Shown here in pieces: positions 12,725 to 23,111 of a DNA stretch of 64,000 nucleotides (position 1 is the stretch's first letter; each line of letters starts with the position of its first letter). The translations under genes were made by a program, and so were the position numbers. The stretch is taken from NCBI GenBank assembly GCA_963754315.1, contig CAVWFS010000006.1, forward strand, positions 173,759 to 237,758, written 5' to 3'. This DNA comes from an uncultured Candidatus Rokubacteria bacterium (GTDB lineage: Bacteria > Methylomirabilota > Methylomirabilia > Rokubacteriales > CSP1-6). The notes beneath the pieces were generated by a model. It was given only the letters and a program-made list of their open reading frames with translations, had not been told where the DNA came from and ran no database searches.

Positions 12725-14381
12725 GTGAACCCCCCAGTCCGGCTCATTCCCCTCGGCGGACTCGGCGAGATCGGCCTCAACATGCTGCTCGTCGAGTCCG
12801 CCGACGACCTCCTCGCCATCGACTGCGGGCTGATGTTCCCGGACGACGAATTGCCGGGGATCGACTATGTCATACCGGACTTCTCCTACGCGCTCGCCAA
12901 GCGCGAGGGCTTTCGCGCGCTCATCCTCACTCACGGCCACGAGGATCACATCGGCGCCATTCCCTATCTCTTGCGTGAGGTTCAGGCTCCCCGTGTACGG
13001 CACGCCGTTCACCTTGGCCCTCGTGGGCGAGCGGCTCAGGGAGCACGGACTCCTGGAGGGCGCCGATCTGCGCCCCCTGCGGCCCCGCGATCGCGTCCAG
13101 ATAGGCCCGTTCGGCATTCAGGCCATTCGGGTGACGCACTCCATCGTCGACGGGATCGGCCTCGCGATCGACACGCCGGTCGGGACCATCGTCCACACGG
13201 GCGATTTCAAGCTGGACGCAGCGCCGCTCGACGGTGAGCCGCCGGACTATCGCACGCTGACCGAGCTGGGCGAGCGGGGAGTGCTGGTGCTCTGCTCCGA
13301 TTCCACCAACGTGGATCGTCCGGGTCACACGCCCTCGGAGACCGAAGTGGGCGCCGCGCTGGCCGAGCGCTTCGAACGCGCCCAGGGCCGCATCATCATC
13401 TCCACCTTTGCCTCGCACATCCATCGGATCCAACAGGTATTGCGCCTGGCGGAACGGTTCGAGCGCTGTGTGGCCTTGCTCGGCATGAGCATGCAGAAGA
13501 ACGTGGCCCTCGCCGCCGAGCACGGATATCTGCGGATTCCCCCGCACGTGCTGGTGTCGGTCGACGAGTTGGCGGCCTTGCCCGCACGGCACCAGGTCAT
13601 CCTGTCCACCGGAAGCCAGGGCGAACCCAACTCCGCTCTGGCCCTCATGGCCGCCGGTGAGCACAAGTACGTCCAGGTCGAGGCGGGCGATCTGGTGATT
13701 CTGTCGTCGCGGGTCATTCCTGGCCACGAGCGCACGGTGGGGCGCGTGGTCAACGGGCTCTATCGACGCGGAGCCGAGGTCCTCTACGAGGACAACGCCT
13801 TCGTTCACGTCTCGGGGCATGCCAGCCAGGAAGATCTGAAGCTCATGCTCACGATGACACGCCCGCGCTACTTCCTGCCCGTTCACGGCGAGTACCGGCA
13901 CCTGCTCGGCCACGCCCGCCTGGCCACCGGCGTGGGCGTGCCCGCCGAGCGCGTGTTCGTCATCGAAGACGGTATGGGTCTCGAGGTCTCGTCGTCAGAC
14001 GCCCGTGTCGTGGGTCGCTTCCCGGCCGGTCGGGTGCTCGTCGATGGCAAGGGCATCGGGGACATCGGCGCCGTCGTTCTTCGCGATCGTCAGATCCTGT
14101 CCAACGAGGGCCTGGTGGCAGTGGCGCTGGTCGTCGACCGCGAGGGTGTCGTGGTGACCGGGCCTCAGATCGCTTCCCGCGGCGTGGTGTATGTCAAGGA
14201 GAACGAAGCCCTCCTTGACGAGTTGAAGGGGGCGGTGGCCAAGGCTCTCGGTGAGCGTGACTGCACGGTGCCGTTCGACCGCGAGGTGATGAGCGCGGTC
14301 GTGCGCACGGCCGTCCGTCAGTTCATCAACCACCGCTTCCACAGGAAGCCGGTGGTGCTTCCCATCATCCTGGAGGTCTGA
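12725..14381 (+). CDS. rnj: Ribonuclease J (frameshift near 12985)
   Basis: PLGGLGEIGLN, THGHEDHIG, HTGDFK, DSTN, TGSQGEP, HVSGHAS, PVHGEYRH. Confidence 0.95.
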
Positions 14382-16549
14382 TGCCCGTCACGACGTCGGC
14401 CGACGACAAGCCTCGCCGTGCCCGCAAGAAGGCAGAGCATCGCCGATGGGTACGCGAGGCCAAGGGGATCAGCGCCCTCGTGGCCGCCGGGTTCGGCGTC
14501 GTGGCCCTGGCCGCGTTCGATCCACATGAGTCGCCGACCGACCAGCAGGGATTGGTGGGGCCGGTGGGTGTGTGGCTGGCGTGGGCGCTGTTCCGAGGAT
14601 TCGGCTACGCGAGCATCCTCTTTCCGGTCCTCCTCGGCGGCTGGGGGGCCAGCTCGTTTCTGCGCCCCTCCACGGTGCGGGGTCGACTCCCGCTCGTGGG
14701 CCTCGCCGTCCTGCTCGTCACGGCGACTGGGCTCCTCTCGCTCCTCGCGAGCGCCGACGGCGTGGATCACGGTGGGCTCGTGGGCGCGGCCCTCACGTAC
14801 GGGCTTCGCTCCACATTCGGGAGTGCGGGAACGTGGCTGGTGCTGCTGGGAGGGCTCCCGCTGGCGGTGCTCCTCGTCACTCAGGTGTCGTTCGCGGCGC
14901 TCGTCCGTGTCCTCACGACGCGTCTTGCCCGCATGCGTCGGCGCGCCCGAAGCATCGCGCCCGTGGTGACACGCGCGATGCTCGAGCCAGACGGCGGGAG
15001 CCTGGCCCTGCCGGCGCCGTCATCCCTGGCGCCGGCGCCTCCTCCGGTGGTGGTCGAGCCCTCCCGGCCCCGCGCCGGGCTCATGGAACGGGGGCTCGCC
15101 TGGCAGGAGACCTTCGACTTCGGCACCGGCGGCGCCGAGGCATTCCAGCTCCCGCCTGTGGGTCTGCTCAAGCTCCCGCCTGCCTCCGAGATCGCGCGCT
15201 CGCGCGAGGAACTGCAGGACAACGCGGAGACCCTCCGCCGCAAACTGCAAGATTTCGAGGTCGAGGGGCGCATCGTCCAGGTGAACCCGGGCCCCATCAT
15301 CACCTCGTACGAGTTCGAGCCGGCACCGGGCGTGAAAGTCAGCCAGGTCGTCAACCGCGCCGACGATCTGGCCCTCTCCCTGAAATCGGCATCGGTACGG
15401 ATCGTGGGGCCGATCCCGGGGCGGGGAACGATCGCGGTGGAGGTGCCCAACGCGGAGGCGGCGACCGTCTACCTACGTGACATTTTCATGTCGGCCGAGT
15501 TCGGGGAGTCCAAAGGAAAGCTCCCACTCGCCCTCGGCAAGGACGTGACGGGCACGCCGGTGGTGGCCGATCTCACGAGCATGCCGCACCTGCTCGTAGC
15601 CGGCGCTACCGGGAGCGGCAAGTCCGTCGGCCTCAATTCGATGATCTGCTCAATCCTGTACAAGACGACGCCGGCCGAGGTCCGCTTCCTGATGATCGAT
15701 CCCAAGCGCCTCGAGCTGTCGGTGTACGAGAGCATCCCGCACCTGCTGGCGCCGGTGGTCACCGACGCCAAGGAGGCGGCCGCCCGCCTGCGCTGGATCG
15801 TGGGCAAGATGGACGAGCGCTACAAGCTGCTGCAGGCGCGCCAGGTCCGGAACATCGAAGGCTATAACAAGGCAGTCCCGGGGGAGGAGCGGCTGCCGTA
15901 CTGGGTCGTGGTCGTTGACGAGCTGGCCGACCTGATGATGGTGTCGGCGGGTGAGGTCCAGACCTCACTCGTCCGGTTGGCCCAGATTGCCCGCGCCGTC
16001 GGCATTCATCTCATCATAGCCACCCAGCGGCCCTCCGTGGACGTCGTTACCGGACTCATCAAGGCCAACTTCCCGACCCGCATCGCCTTCCAGGTGGCTT
16101 CCAAGGTCGATTCGCGCACCGTGCTCGACGGCAACGGTGCCGAGCAACTGCTCGGGCGCGGCGACATGATCTTCGTGCCGCCGGGTGCAAACCGGCAGAT
16201 GCGCGTTCACGGCGCCTGGGTGTCTGACGAGGAGGTCAAGGCAGTCTGCGAATTCCTCCGCACGCAGGGCACCGCCGTGTACGAAGAGGTCGTGCTGGCC
16301 ACCGAAGAAGAGGTCGCCGACGGGGAGGCCGCCGACCGCGACGACATCTACTGGGACGCCGTGCACCTCGTGATCGGCCAGCGCCAGGCGTCGATCTCGT
16401 TCCTCCAGCGCCGCCTCCGACTCGGTTATCCCAAGGCAGCGCGCTTCATCGACATGATGGAGCAAGACCGAGTCATCGGGCCCGGCGAGGGCGCCAAGCC
16501 TCGCGAGGTGCTGGTGGGGCCCGAGTATCTGGCCAAGCGAGGCAAGTGA
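14381..16549 (+). CDS. ftsK: DNA translocase FtsK
   Basis: N-terminal TM segments, PHLLVAGATGSGKS, DELADLMM, ATQRPSVDV, C-terminal gamma domain SFLQRRLRLGYPKAAR. Confidence 0.96.
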   Translation: MPVTTSADDKPRRARKKAEHRRWVREAKGISALVAAGFGVVALAAFDPHESPTDQQGLVGPVGVWLAWALFRGFGYASILFPVLLGGWGASSFLRPSTVRGRLPLVGLAVLLVTATGLLSLLASADGVDHGGLVGAALTYGLRSTFGSAGTWLVLLGGLPLAVLLVTQVSFAALVRVLTTRLARMRRRARSIAPVVTRAMLEPDGGSLALPAPSSLAPAPPPVVVEPSRPRAGLMERGLAWQETFDFGTGGAEAFQLPPVGLLKLPPASEIARSREELQDNAETLRRKLQDFEVEGRIVQVNPGPIITSYEFEPAPGVKVSQVVNRADDLALSLKSASVRIVGPIPGRGTIAVEVPNAEAATVYLRDIFMSAEFGESKGKLPLALGKDVTGTPVVADLTSMPHLLVAGATGSGKSVGLNSMICSILYKTTPAEVRFLMIDPKRLELSVYESIPHLLAPVVTDAKEAAARLRWIVGKMDERYKLLQARQVRNIEGYNKAVPGEERLPYWVVVVDELADLMMVSAGEVQTSLVRLAQIARAVGIHLIIATQRPSVDVVTGLIKANFPTRIAFQVASKVDSRTVLDGNGAEQLLGRGDMIFVPPGANRQMRVHGAWVSDEEVKAVCEFLRTQGTAVYEEVVLATEEEVADGEAADRDDIYWDAVHLVIGQRQASISFLQRRLRLGYPKAARFIDMMEQDRVIGPGEGAKPREVLVGPEYLAKRGK

Positions 16550-17499
16550 AAGAAGCCGTCCTGGTCCTGGGTCTGAGCCTGACTCTGGTCTGGCCCGCTT
16601 GGGCCGCCTCTGGCTGCAGCGGCTCTGCCCTTGGCGTCGATGCCGCGAACGCCCTCGTCCTGTCAGGAGGCGGGGCGAAGGGAGCCTGGGAGGCCGGAGT
16701 CGCCTCGGCCCTCATCCGCGGTGGGTTTCCTATCCACCTCGTGGCCGGTTCCTCGGCGGGCGCTCTCAACGCCGCCATGATCGCGGACGGGCGGCTCGAT
16801 CGCCTGGAGGAGCTCTGGCGCACGGTGACGCGTGAGCACGTCTACACCTTGCGCCCGTCAGTGTTCTTCGCGGGTCTTCTGCCCGGCTGGCTGACGTTGC
16901 TCGTGCTGGATCGAGCGGGATCACTCTTTGATCCACGCCCCCTCCGAGAACTCATCGGCAGTTCCCTCGATCTCGATCGCGTGCGGGCATCACACGTACG
17001 CGTGGTCGTGACCGCCACCGATCTGGCCCGCCGTCAGCAGCGTCTCTTCGACAACCAGACTCTTTCGATCGACGCCCTCATGGCGGCCACGGCCGTGCCC
17101 GGCGCCTTTCCGCCGGTGGCCGTGGATGGCGAGCTGCTCGTCGACGGCGGCCTCACCGGTCGTGCGCCCATCTTGACGGCGCTGGAGGCTGCACACCGCC
17201 TGGACCGCGTGGTCGTGCTGCTGAGCTACGCCGCCCAGGAGGCTGGTGATCCGCCCACGACCCTGCGCCGAGCGCTCGAACAATCGTTCGAGATGACGAT
17301 GGTGCATCAGATTCGCCGTGACACCGAGCTGGCACGCTTGAAGTACCCCGGCGTGGACGTCCAGCTTCTCGTGCCTTCGGCGTCACTCGCGCTGCGCCCG
17401 CTCGACTTCGATCCCGGGGGGCTCGCCCGTGCCCTCGAGCTTGGGCGCCGAGATGGTGCCGCCTGCCTGGAGCGCTGGCGCGGAAACAGCACGCGCTGA
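16546..17499 (+). CDS. Patatin-like phospholipase with signal peptide
   Basis: LSGGGAKG, GSSAG (GxSxG), DGG motifs. Confidence 0.9.
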   Translation: MKEAVLVLGLSLTLVWPAWAASGCSGSALGVDAANALVLSGGGAKGAWEAGVASALIRGGFPIHLVAGSSAGALNAAMIADGRLDRLEELWRTVTREHVYTLRPSVFFAGLLPGWLTLLVLDRAGSLFDPRPLRELIGSSLDLDRVRASHVRVVVTATDLARRQQRLFDNQTLSIDALMAATAVPGAFPPVAVDGELLVDGGLTGRAPILTALEAAHRLDRVVVLLSYAAQEAGDPPTTLRRALEQSFEMTMVHQIRRDTELARLKYPGVDVQLLVPSASLALRPLDFDPGGLARALELGRRDGAACLERWRGNSTR

Positions 17500-17568
17500 C
17501 AGGGACCCACGCGGTTGCCACACCCCACCATCCGACGTAGACTCGCGCAACCTACCAGGAGGACATCA

Positions 17569-19095
17569 ATGCACCGACGCGTCGTGGCCGCGCTGCTCCT
17601 GCTCGCTGTCCCATCCGTTGCCTCGGCGCAGTCGGGCGCGCAGATCACCATCGCCCAGCCCGCCGAGGCCACCACGATGGATCCAGGCCGGAGCACCCAG
17701 GTCCTGACCGTCAACTACTTCTACAATCTCTACGATGCGCTCCTGCGATGGGACAACACCCTCAAGCTCCAGCCCGGCCTCGCCACCACCTGGAAGAGCC
17801 TCAATGACACAACATGGGAGTTCTCTCTGCGCCCGGGCGTGAAGTTCCATGATGGGCAGCCCTTCACCGCGGAAGACGTCAAGGCCACTCTAGAGCGCAA
17901 CCTGGTCGTGGGTAAAACGGTCGTGCAGTCGGGATTCGCCACGATCGACGCGGTCCAGATCGTCAATCCCACCACCGTTCGGGTCATCACCAAGAAGCCC
18001 GATCCGCTGCTGCTCGTGCGCATGGCCCAGATGGGAGCGCAGATCCTGCCCGCCCGGCTGACCACCGATGAGGGCATGAAGGAGCTCGCGCGCAAGCCGG
18101 TGGGGACTGGCGCCTACCGATTCGTCGAGTGGCTGAAGGACGAGCGTCTGGTCATGGACGCCAACCGCGACTGGTGGGGTTGGGAGGGCAAGGCCCCCGC
18201 GGTCGAGCGCATCATCTGGAAGCCCATTCCCGACGACTTTCCGAGGCTGGTGGCGCTCGAGAAGGGCGAGGTCGACATCATCACCAATGTCCCTCCTGAC
18301 CGCATGCGGGCCATCGCCGACGGACGCACCACGCGCATCGTGACCACGCCGTCGACCCGCCTCGTGACCTTGACCATCAACGCGACCCAGCCTCCGCTGT
18401 CCGATCGGCGCGCCCGCCAGGCCTTGCACTACGGGCTCGATGTCAATGCGATCGTCAAGAATCTCTACGCCGGCCATGGCCGCCCCTTCAGTGGCGGCCT
18501 GGCCGACACGGACTTCGGGTATAACCCCGCGTTGAAGCCCTACGCCTACGATCCGGCCAAGGCCAAGCAGCTGTGGGCGGAGGCGGGCCGTCCGACCAGT
18601 GTCGAGGTGACGCTCCACGCGGGCAGCGGCACCATGGTGAACGACAAATTTCTTCTGGAAACGATCGCCGATATGTGGGGGAAGGTGGGCATCCGCACCA
18701 AGGTCGAGATGATGGAGATGGGAGCTCGCCAGCGCATGCTCAACGAGCGCGCCATTCCCCCCAACGCGCTCTTGCTGGGTAACCCGCAGTCGACGCTCCT
18801 CGACGCCGACGGCAGCCTCTGGCGGCTCTTCCACCCCAACGGCTTCGGGGGAAAGTACTGGAGCGGCAGCCAGCCCGGACAACGTTTCCACGACTTGATG
18901 GATGGCGCACGTTACTCGCTCGATCAGAAGAAGCGCAAGCAGCTCTATGCCGACGCCACCCAGATCATTCACGACGAGAAACCGTGGCTGGAGCTGTTCC
19001 AGGAGGTTGTCGTTTACGGCACGAGCAAGCGCGTGACCTTCACGGTGCGCCCCGACTATCGTCTCATCGTCTCCGAGATGTCCCTCGCCCGCTGA
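17569..19095 (+). CDS. ABC transporter substrate-binding protein, family 5 (no permease adjacent)
   Basis: Signal peptide, LRPGVKFHDGQPFTAEDVKAT, PVGTGAYRFVEW, YAYDPAKAKQL; AGGAGG RBS. Confidence 0.92.
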   Translation: MHRRVVAALLLLAVPSVASAQSGAQITIAQPAEATTMDPGRSTQVLTVNYFYNLYDALLRWDNTLKLQPGLATTWKSLNDTTWEFSLRPGVKFHDGQPFTAEDVKATLERNLVVGKTVVQSGFATIDAVQIVNPTTVRVITKKPDPLLLVRMAQMGAQILPARLTTDEGMKELARKPVGTGAYRFVEWLKDERLVMDANRDWWGWEGKAPAVERIIWKPIPDDFPRLVALEKGEVDIITNVPPDRMRAIADGRTTRIVTTPSTRLVTLTINATQPPLSDRRARQALHYGLDVNAIVKNLYAGHGRPFSGGLADTDFGYNPALKPYAYDPAKAKQLWAEAGRPTSVEVTLHAGSGTMVNDKFLLETIADMWGKVGIRTKVEMMEMGARQRMLNERAIPPNALLLGNPQSTLLDADGSLWRLFHPNGFGGKYWSGSQPGQRFHDLMDGARYSLDQKKRKQLYADATQIIHDEKPWLELFQEVVVYGTSKRVTFTVRPDYRLIVSEMSLAR

Positions 19096-19120
19096 CCAAC
19101 CCCTCCCAGCGCCCCTCAAA

Positions 19121-19430
19121 TCAAGGAGCGCCCGGGGCCTGGGGGCCCTCTCGAGGCCCATAACAGGCAGGGCCAATCGAGGAGCGGCCCGGGTCCCCCG
19201 GGCGCCGGGACGAGCCGCCCATGGGGGGTTGGGGGGCCCTGTCGAGGCCCATAACAGGCAGGCCAATCGAGGAGCGGCCCGGGGGCCCCGGGCCGGGACG
19301 AGCCGCCCCGGGGGCCTGGGGGGCCCTGTCGAGGCCCATAACAGGCAGGCCAATCGAGGAGCGGCCCGGGTCCCCCGGGCCGGGACGAGCCGCCCCGGGG
19401 GGCCTGGGGGGCCCTCTCGAGGCCCCCCAT
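19121..19430. repeat. Tandem array, about 3.3 copies of an 87-91 bp palindromic unit
   Basis: CATAACAGG recurs at 19159, 19250 and 19337; units contain GGGGCCCT-TCGAGGCCC and CCCGGG..CCCGGG hairpins. Confidence 0.92.
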
Positions 19431-19454
19431 ATTAAGGGTGGTACAGTAGTTGAA

Positions 19455-20111
19455 ATGCGCGTCCTTCTCAGCGTCCTCACCATGTTGCTCACGAGCCTCG
19501 CCGGGACCTCCCAGGCCGCCCCCAGCCTCGACGACGTCGTCCGGGGTCTGGAGGGAGCGTACGGCCAGATGAGCGATCTCAAAGCGGATTTCTCCCAGTC
19601 TGCTTACAACAAGAGCCTGAACCAGACGATCCCCGCTCAGGGAACGGTCTATCTGAAAAAGGGTGGGAAGCTCCGCTGGGAGTACAGGGAGCCGACCCCC
19701 CAGGAGATCGTCTCGGACGGTAAACAGCTCTGGGTGTATACCCCCATGCTCAACCAGGTGAACGTGGGCCCGGCCCCAGAGGCGCTCGCGGGACCAGCGG
19801 GCAGCTTTCTAGCCGGCCTCGGCAAGGTGCGGGAGCATTTCACCGTGCGCTTTCTGAATCCTGGTCAGCCGACCGATCGTGACGGCGCCTTCGTCCTCGA
19901 CCTCACACCCAAGCAACCTCTGCCCACCCTGACCCGCCTCATCCTGACGGTGGGACCCAAGCTCTTCGAGGTCCGCAAGGCGGTGGTGTACGACCAGTTC
20001 GAGAACGCCGTCACCATGCAGTTCGCCAAGCTGGCCACCAACAGCGGCATTCCCGACCAGGTCTTCACGTTTGTGCCGCCCAAAGGGGTGGCCACCGTGC
20101 CGCTGAGATAA
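19455..20111 (+). CDS. lolA: Outer-membrane lipoprotein carrier protein
   Basis: Signal peptide, ADFSQ, KGGKLRWEY, IVSDGKQLWVY, FTFVPPKGV. Confidence 0.9.
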   Translation: MRVLLSVLTMLLTSLAGTSQAAPSLDDVVRGLEGAYGQMSDLKADFSQSAYNKSLNQTIPAQGTVYLKKGGKLRWEYREPTPQEIVSDGKQLWVYTPMLNQVNVGPAPEALAGPAGSFLAGLGKVREHFTVRFLNPGQPTDRDGAFVLDLTPKQPLPTLTRLILTVGPKLFEVRKAVVYDQFENAVTMQFAKLATNSGIPDQVFTFVPPKGVATVPLR

Positions 20112-20120
20112 GATCTGAAC

Positions 20121-20618
20121 ATGGCTGGCGAGAACTCGTTCGACATCGTGTGCAAGATCGACCCGCAGGAGGTCACCAACGCCGTCGACCAAGCCCGCCG
20201 CGAGATCGACACTCGTTACGACCTCAAAGGCACCAAGAGCGCGGTGAACGTCGAGAAGACCACGCTCACCTTGACTGCCCCGGACGACATGAAGCTCAAG
20301 GCGGTGGTGGATATCCTACAGTCGAAGTTGCACCGGCGCGGCGTGCCGCTCAAGGCCCTCACCTACGGGAAGGTGGAGACGGCGGCCGGGGGCATGCTGC
20401 GTCAGGCCATCGAGCTGCAACAGGGCATTCCCATCGAGAAGGCGCGCGAGATCGTCCGCATCGTCAAGGACACCAAGCTCAGGCTTCAGGCCTCTATCCA
20501 GGAGGATAAGGTCCGCGTGTCCGGCAAGAATCGCGACGATCTCCAAACGGTCATTGCCCTCCTGCGCGACAAGGAGCTCGGCATCGCGCTTCAGTTCGAC
20601 AACTACCGCAGCCCGTAA
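20121..20618 (+). CDS. yajQ: YajQ family nucleotide/c-di-GMP-binding protein
   Basis: SFDIV...EVTNAVDQA..EIDTRYDLKG, VRVSGKNRDDLQ, LQFDNYR. Confidence 0.95.
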   Translation: MAGENSFDIVCKIDPQEVTNAVDQARREIDTRYDLKGTKSAVNVEKTTLTLTAPDDMKLKAVVDILQSKLHRRGVPLKALTYGKVETAAGGMLRQAIELQQGIPIEKAREIVRIVKDTKLRLQASIQEDKVRVSGKNRDDLQTVIALLRDKELGIALQFDNYRSP

Positions 20619-20619
20619 G

Positions 20620-21957
20620 ATGCGGGTCCACCTCACCACCCTCGGCTGTCCGAAGAATCAGGTCGATTCCGAGCTGATGCTCGGCCTGCTCACGGCCGCG
20701 GGCCTTCTCACGACCGAGCGCGCCGAGGACGCCGATTGCCTCATCGTCAACACCTGTGCCTTCATCGATCGAGCGCGGACGGAGTCGGTGGAGACGATCC
20801 TCGAGCTGGCCCGCCTCAAGGAGGAGGGGCGCTGTCGATCCTTGATCGTGACCGGCTGCCTGACCCAGCGTTACGGCGGGGAGGTACTGCGCGAGATTCC
20901 TCAGGTCGACGGCATCCTCGGTACTGCGGAGCTCCACCGCGTGGTCGACCTGGTGCGCCAGGCCGCTGGTCGTCACGACTGGGCCACGTCGGCCCCGCCC
21001 GGGTATCTCTATGACGCGACGACCCCCCGTCTTCTTGCGGCGCGAGTGCCATACGCGTACGTGAAGATCGCCGAGGGGTGCGACATGGGCTGCACCTTTT
21101 GTGCGATCCCGCAGTTTCGAGGTCGTCACCGCAGCCGGGCTCTGTCCGACATCGTCCGAGAGGTCGACGAACTGGGCCGCCGTGGGATCCAGGAAGCCAT
21201 TCTCGTCTCGCAGGACACGTTGGCCTACGGACGCGATCGGCCCGGCAACGGCGACATCGGCGATCTGCTGCTCGCTCTCGGTGACACCGGGGTTCCCTGG
21301 ATCCGGCCCATGTATCTGCATCCCGCCCACGTGAGCGAGCGACTGCTCGAGAAGTGGGCGCGCGCCCGGGTCGTGCCCTATCTGGACCTGCCCGTACAGC
21401 ACGGCGATGACGTCATCCTGCGCGCCATGCGACGGGCGGTCACGGCGAGCCGCATGCGCGATATCGTGGCCGCGTTTCGGGAGATCATCCCCGGCCTGAC
21501 CGTGCGCACCACCGTGCTCCTCGGCTTCCCGGGCGAGACGGAGGCCTCCGTCGATCGCTTGCTCGAGTTTCTGGACGAGGTTCGGTTTGACCGGGTGGGT
21601 GCCTTCACGTACTCGCCGGAGGAAGGCACCCCGTCTCCCGCCTTCTCCGACCAGGTTCCCTCCGAGATTGCCGCCGAGCGTGCCTTACGCGTTCAGGAGT
21701 ATCAAGACCGAATCGGGTGGGAGCTCAGTGCCCAGCTCGTTGGGCGTGAGATGGACGTCCTCGTGGACGGCCCGAGCGAGGACTCGGCCTTCGCCTTCGA
21801 GGGCCGCACGGTAAGCCAGGCGCCGGAAATCGACGGCGTGGTCTACCTACGGGACAAGGCGCGGAAGGGCCACCCGCGGGCCTTCACGCCTGGGCACTTC
21901 GCCCGGGTCCGAATCGTCGAGGCTGAGGGCTACGAGCTCATCGGCGAGCGTGCCTGA
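20620..21957 (+). CDS. rimO: Ribosomal protein S12 methylthiotransferase
   Basis: LGCPKNQVDSE, NTCAFI, radical SAM CDMGCTFC, APEIDG TRAM domain. Confidence 0.96.
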   Translation: MRVHLTTLGCPKNQVDSELMLGLLTAAGLLTTERAEDADCLIVNTCAFIDRARTESVETILELARLKEEGRCRSLIVTGCLTQRYGGEVLREIPQVDGILGTAELHRVVDLVRQAAGRHDWATSAPPGYLYDATTPRLLAARVPYAYVKIAEGCDMGCTFCAIPQFRGRHRSRALSDIVREVDELGRRGIQEAILVSQDTLAYGRDRPGNGDIGDLLLALGDTGVPWIRPMYLHPAHVSERLLEKWARARVVPYLDLPVQHGDDVILRAMRRAVTASRMRDIVAAFREIIPGLTVRTTVLLGFPGETEASVDRLLEFLDEVRFDRVGAFTYSPEEGTPSPAFSDQVPSEIAAERALRVQEYQDRIGWELSAQLVGREMDVLVDGPSEDSAFAFEGRTVSQAPEIDGVVYLRDKARKGHPRAFTPGHFARVRIVEAEGYELIGERA

Positions 21958-22441
21958 GCGAGGGCGACCGCTCGCCCGTCTCCTGCTGATCGATCGGTTT
22001 GCCGTCGGCATCGCCACTGGGGGAGGGGCTGGCTATTCGCCTTTCGCCCCGGGCACGGTGGCCAGTGCGCTGACTGCCCTTGTGCTGTGGCTGGTGCCGT
22101 TTTCTCGATCGGGGATCGTCGCATTCCTCGTCGCGGTCATCGTCGTCGGCACGTGGGCGGCCGAGCGTGCAGAGCGGGTGCTGGGGGGCAAGGATCCGGG
22201 CGCGATCGTCATCGACGAGGTCGCTGGGATGACGCTCGCCGTGCTTGCCTTCCCCCTGACGGCCTCGGTACTCCTCGCGGGGTTCGTGCTCTTCCGGCTC
22301 TTCGACGTCGTGAAGCCGCCTCCGGCCCACGCGAGCCAACGGCTCCGGGGCGGGGTTGGTGTCATGATCGACGACCTCATCGCGGGTGCGTACGCCCTGG
22401 CCGTGATCGCGGTTGCGCGCCTGGTCATCGGCTGGCCTTGA
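21950..22441 (+). CDS. pgpA: Phosphatidylglycerophosphatase A
   Basis: APGTVAS, KDPGAIVIDEVAG, FRLFDVVKP, GVMIDDLIAG. Confidence 0.95.
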   Translation: MPERGRPLARLLLIDRFAVGIATGGGAGYSPFAPGTVASALTALVLWLVPFSRSGIVAFLVAVIVVGTWAAERAERVLGGKDPGAIVIDEVAGMTLAVLAFPLTASVLLAGFVLFRLFDVVKPPPAHASQRLRGGVGVMIDDLIAGAYALAVIAVARLVIGWP

Positions 22442-22457
22442 GAGAGGGAGCGCGGCC

Positions 22458-23111
22458 ATAGCGCTCGTCCGCGCCTTCGTCGCCATCACGCTTCCTCCGG
22501 CCTTACAGTCGGCCGTGGCGGCGACCCCTTTGGTGGAAGCGATCCCTGGGGTTGCCTGGGTGAAGGCCGGCAACCTGCACCTGACCCTGAAGTTTCTCGG
22601 TGACGTCGAAGAGCAACGGATCGAGGCGATCGCGACGAGCCTCACCAAGGCCGCGGCCCAGGTCGATGCGTTCGACCTCACCATCGGCGGGTTCGGAGCG
22701 TTTCCAACTCGCGCCCGCCCACGCGTGATCTGGGTGGAGGCCAACGGGCCTCGACTCCACGCCCTCGTCGAGTCGATCGAGTGCGCCCTGGAGGCACTCG
22801 GCTTTCCGCGTGAGACCCGGCCCTTCGCCGGTCACATCACTCTCGGTCGAGTCCGCGCACGATCGACCCGCGGCCTCTCGCGCCACACGGGCGCCGGGGC
22901 CCACCAGAAGGTCGCGCATGATCAAGGGATACCCAGCGCCCCTCGGGGCACCCCGAGCGAGCCGGGGGTATGGGGGGCCATGTCGGGCTCCCCCATGTCA
23001 ACGGACGCCGCGACTCGAGTCACCCGTATCGTGCTGATGCGAAGCCAGCTCACCTCGGGCGGGGCTTCCTACACGGAGCTGGGGGCGTTCTCGCTTGCTC
23101 CTCCTCGCTGA
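22458..23111 (+). CDS. thpR: RNA 2',3'-cyclic phosphodiesterase (2H family) with in-frame repeat insertion
   Basis: RAFVAI, HLTLKFLG and HITLGR HxT motifs, LMRSQL; likely ATA start after GAGGGAG. Confidence 0.88.
   Translation: MALVRAFVAITLPPALQSAVAATPLVEAIPGVAWVKAGNLHLTLKFLGDVEEQRIEAIATSLTKAAAQVDAFDLTIGGFGAFPTRARPRVIWVEANGPRLHALVESIECALEALGFPRETRPFAGHITLGRVRARSTRGLSRHTGAGAHQKVAHDQGIPSAPRGTPSEPGVWGAMSGSPMSTDAATRVTRIVLMRSQLTSGGASYTELGAFSLAPPR

Noticed and set aside
19121..19430. CRISPR array
   Set aside because: Units are near-identical over their full 87-91 bp, with no unique spacers and no cas genes
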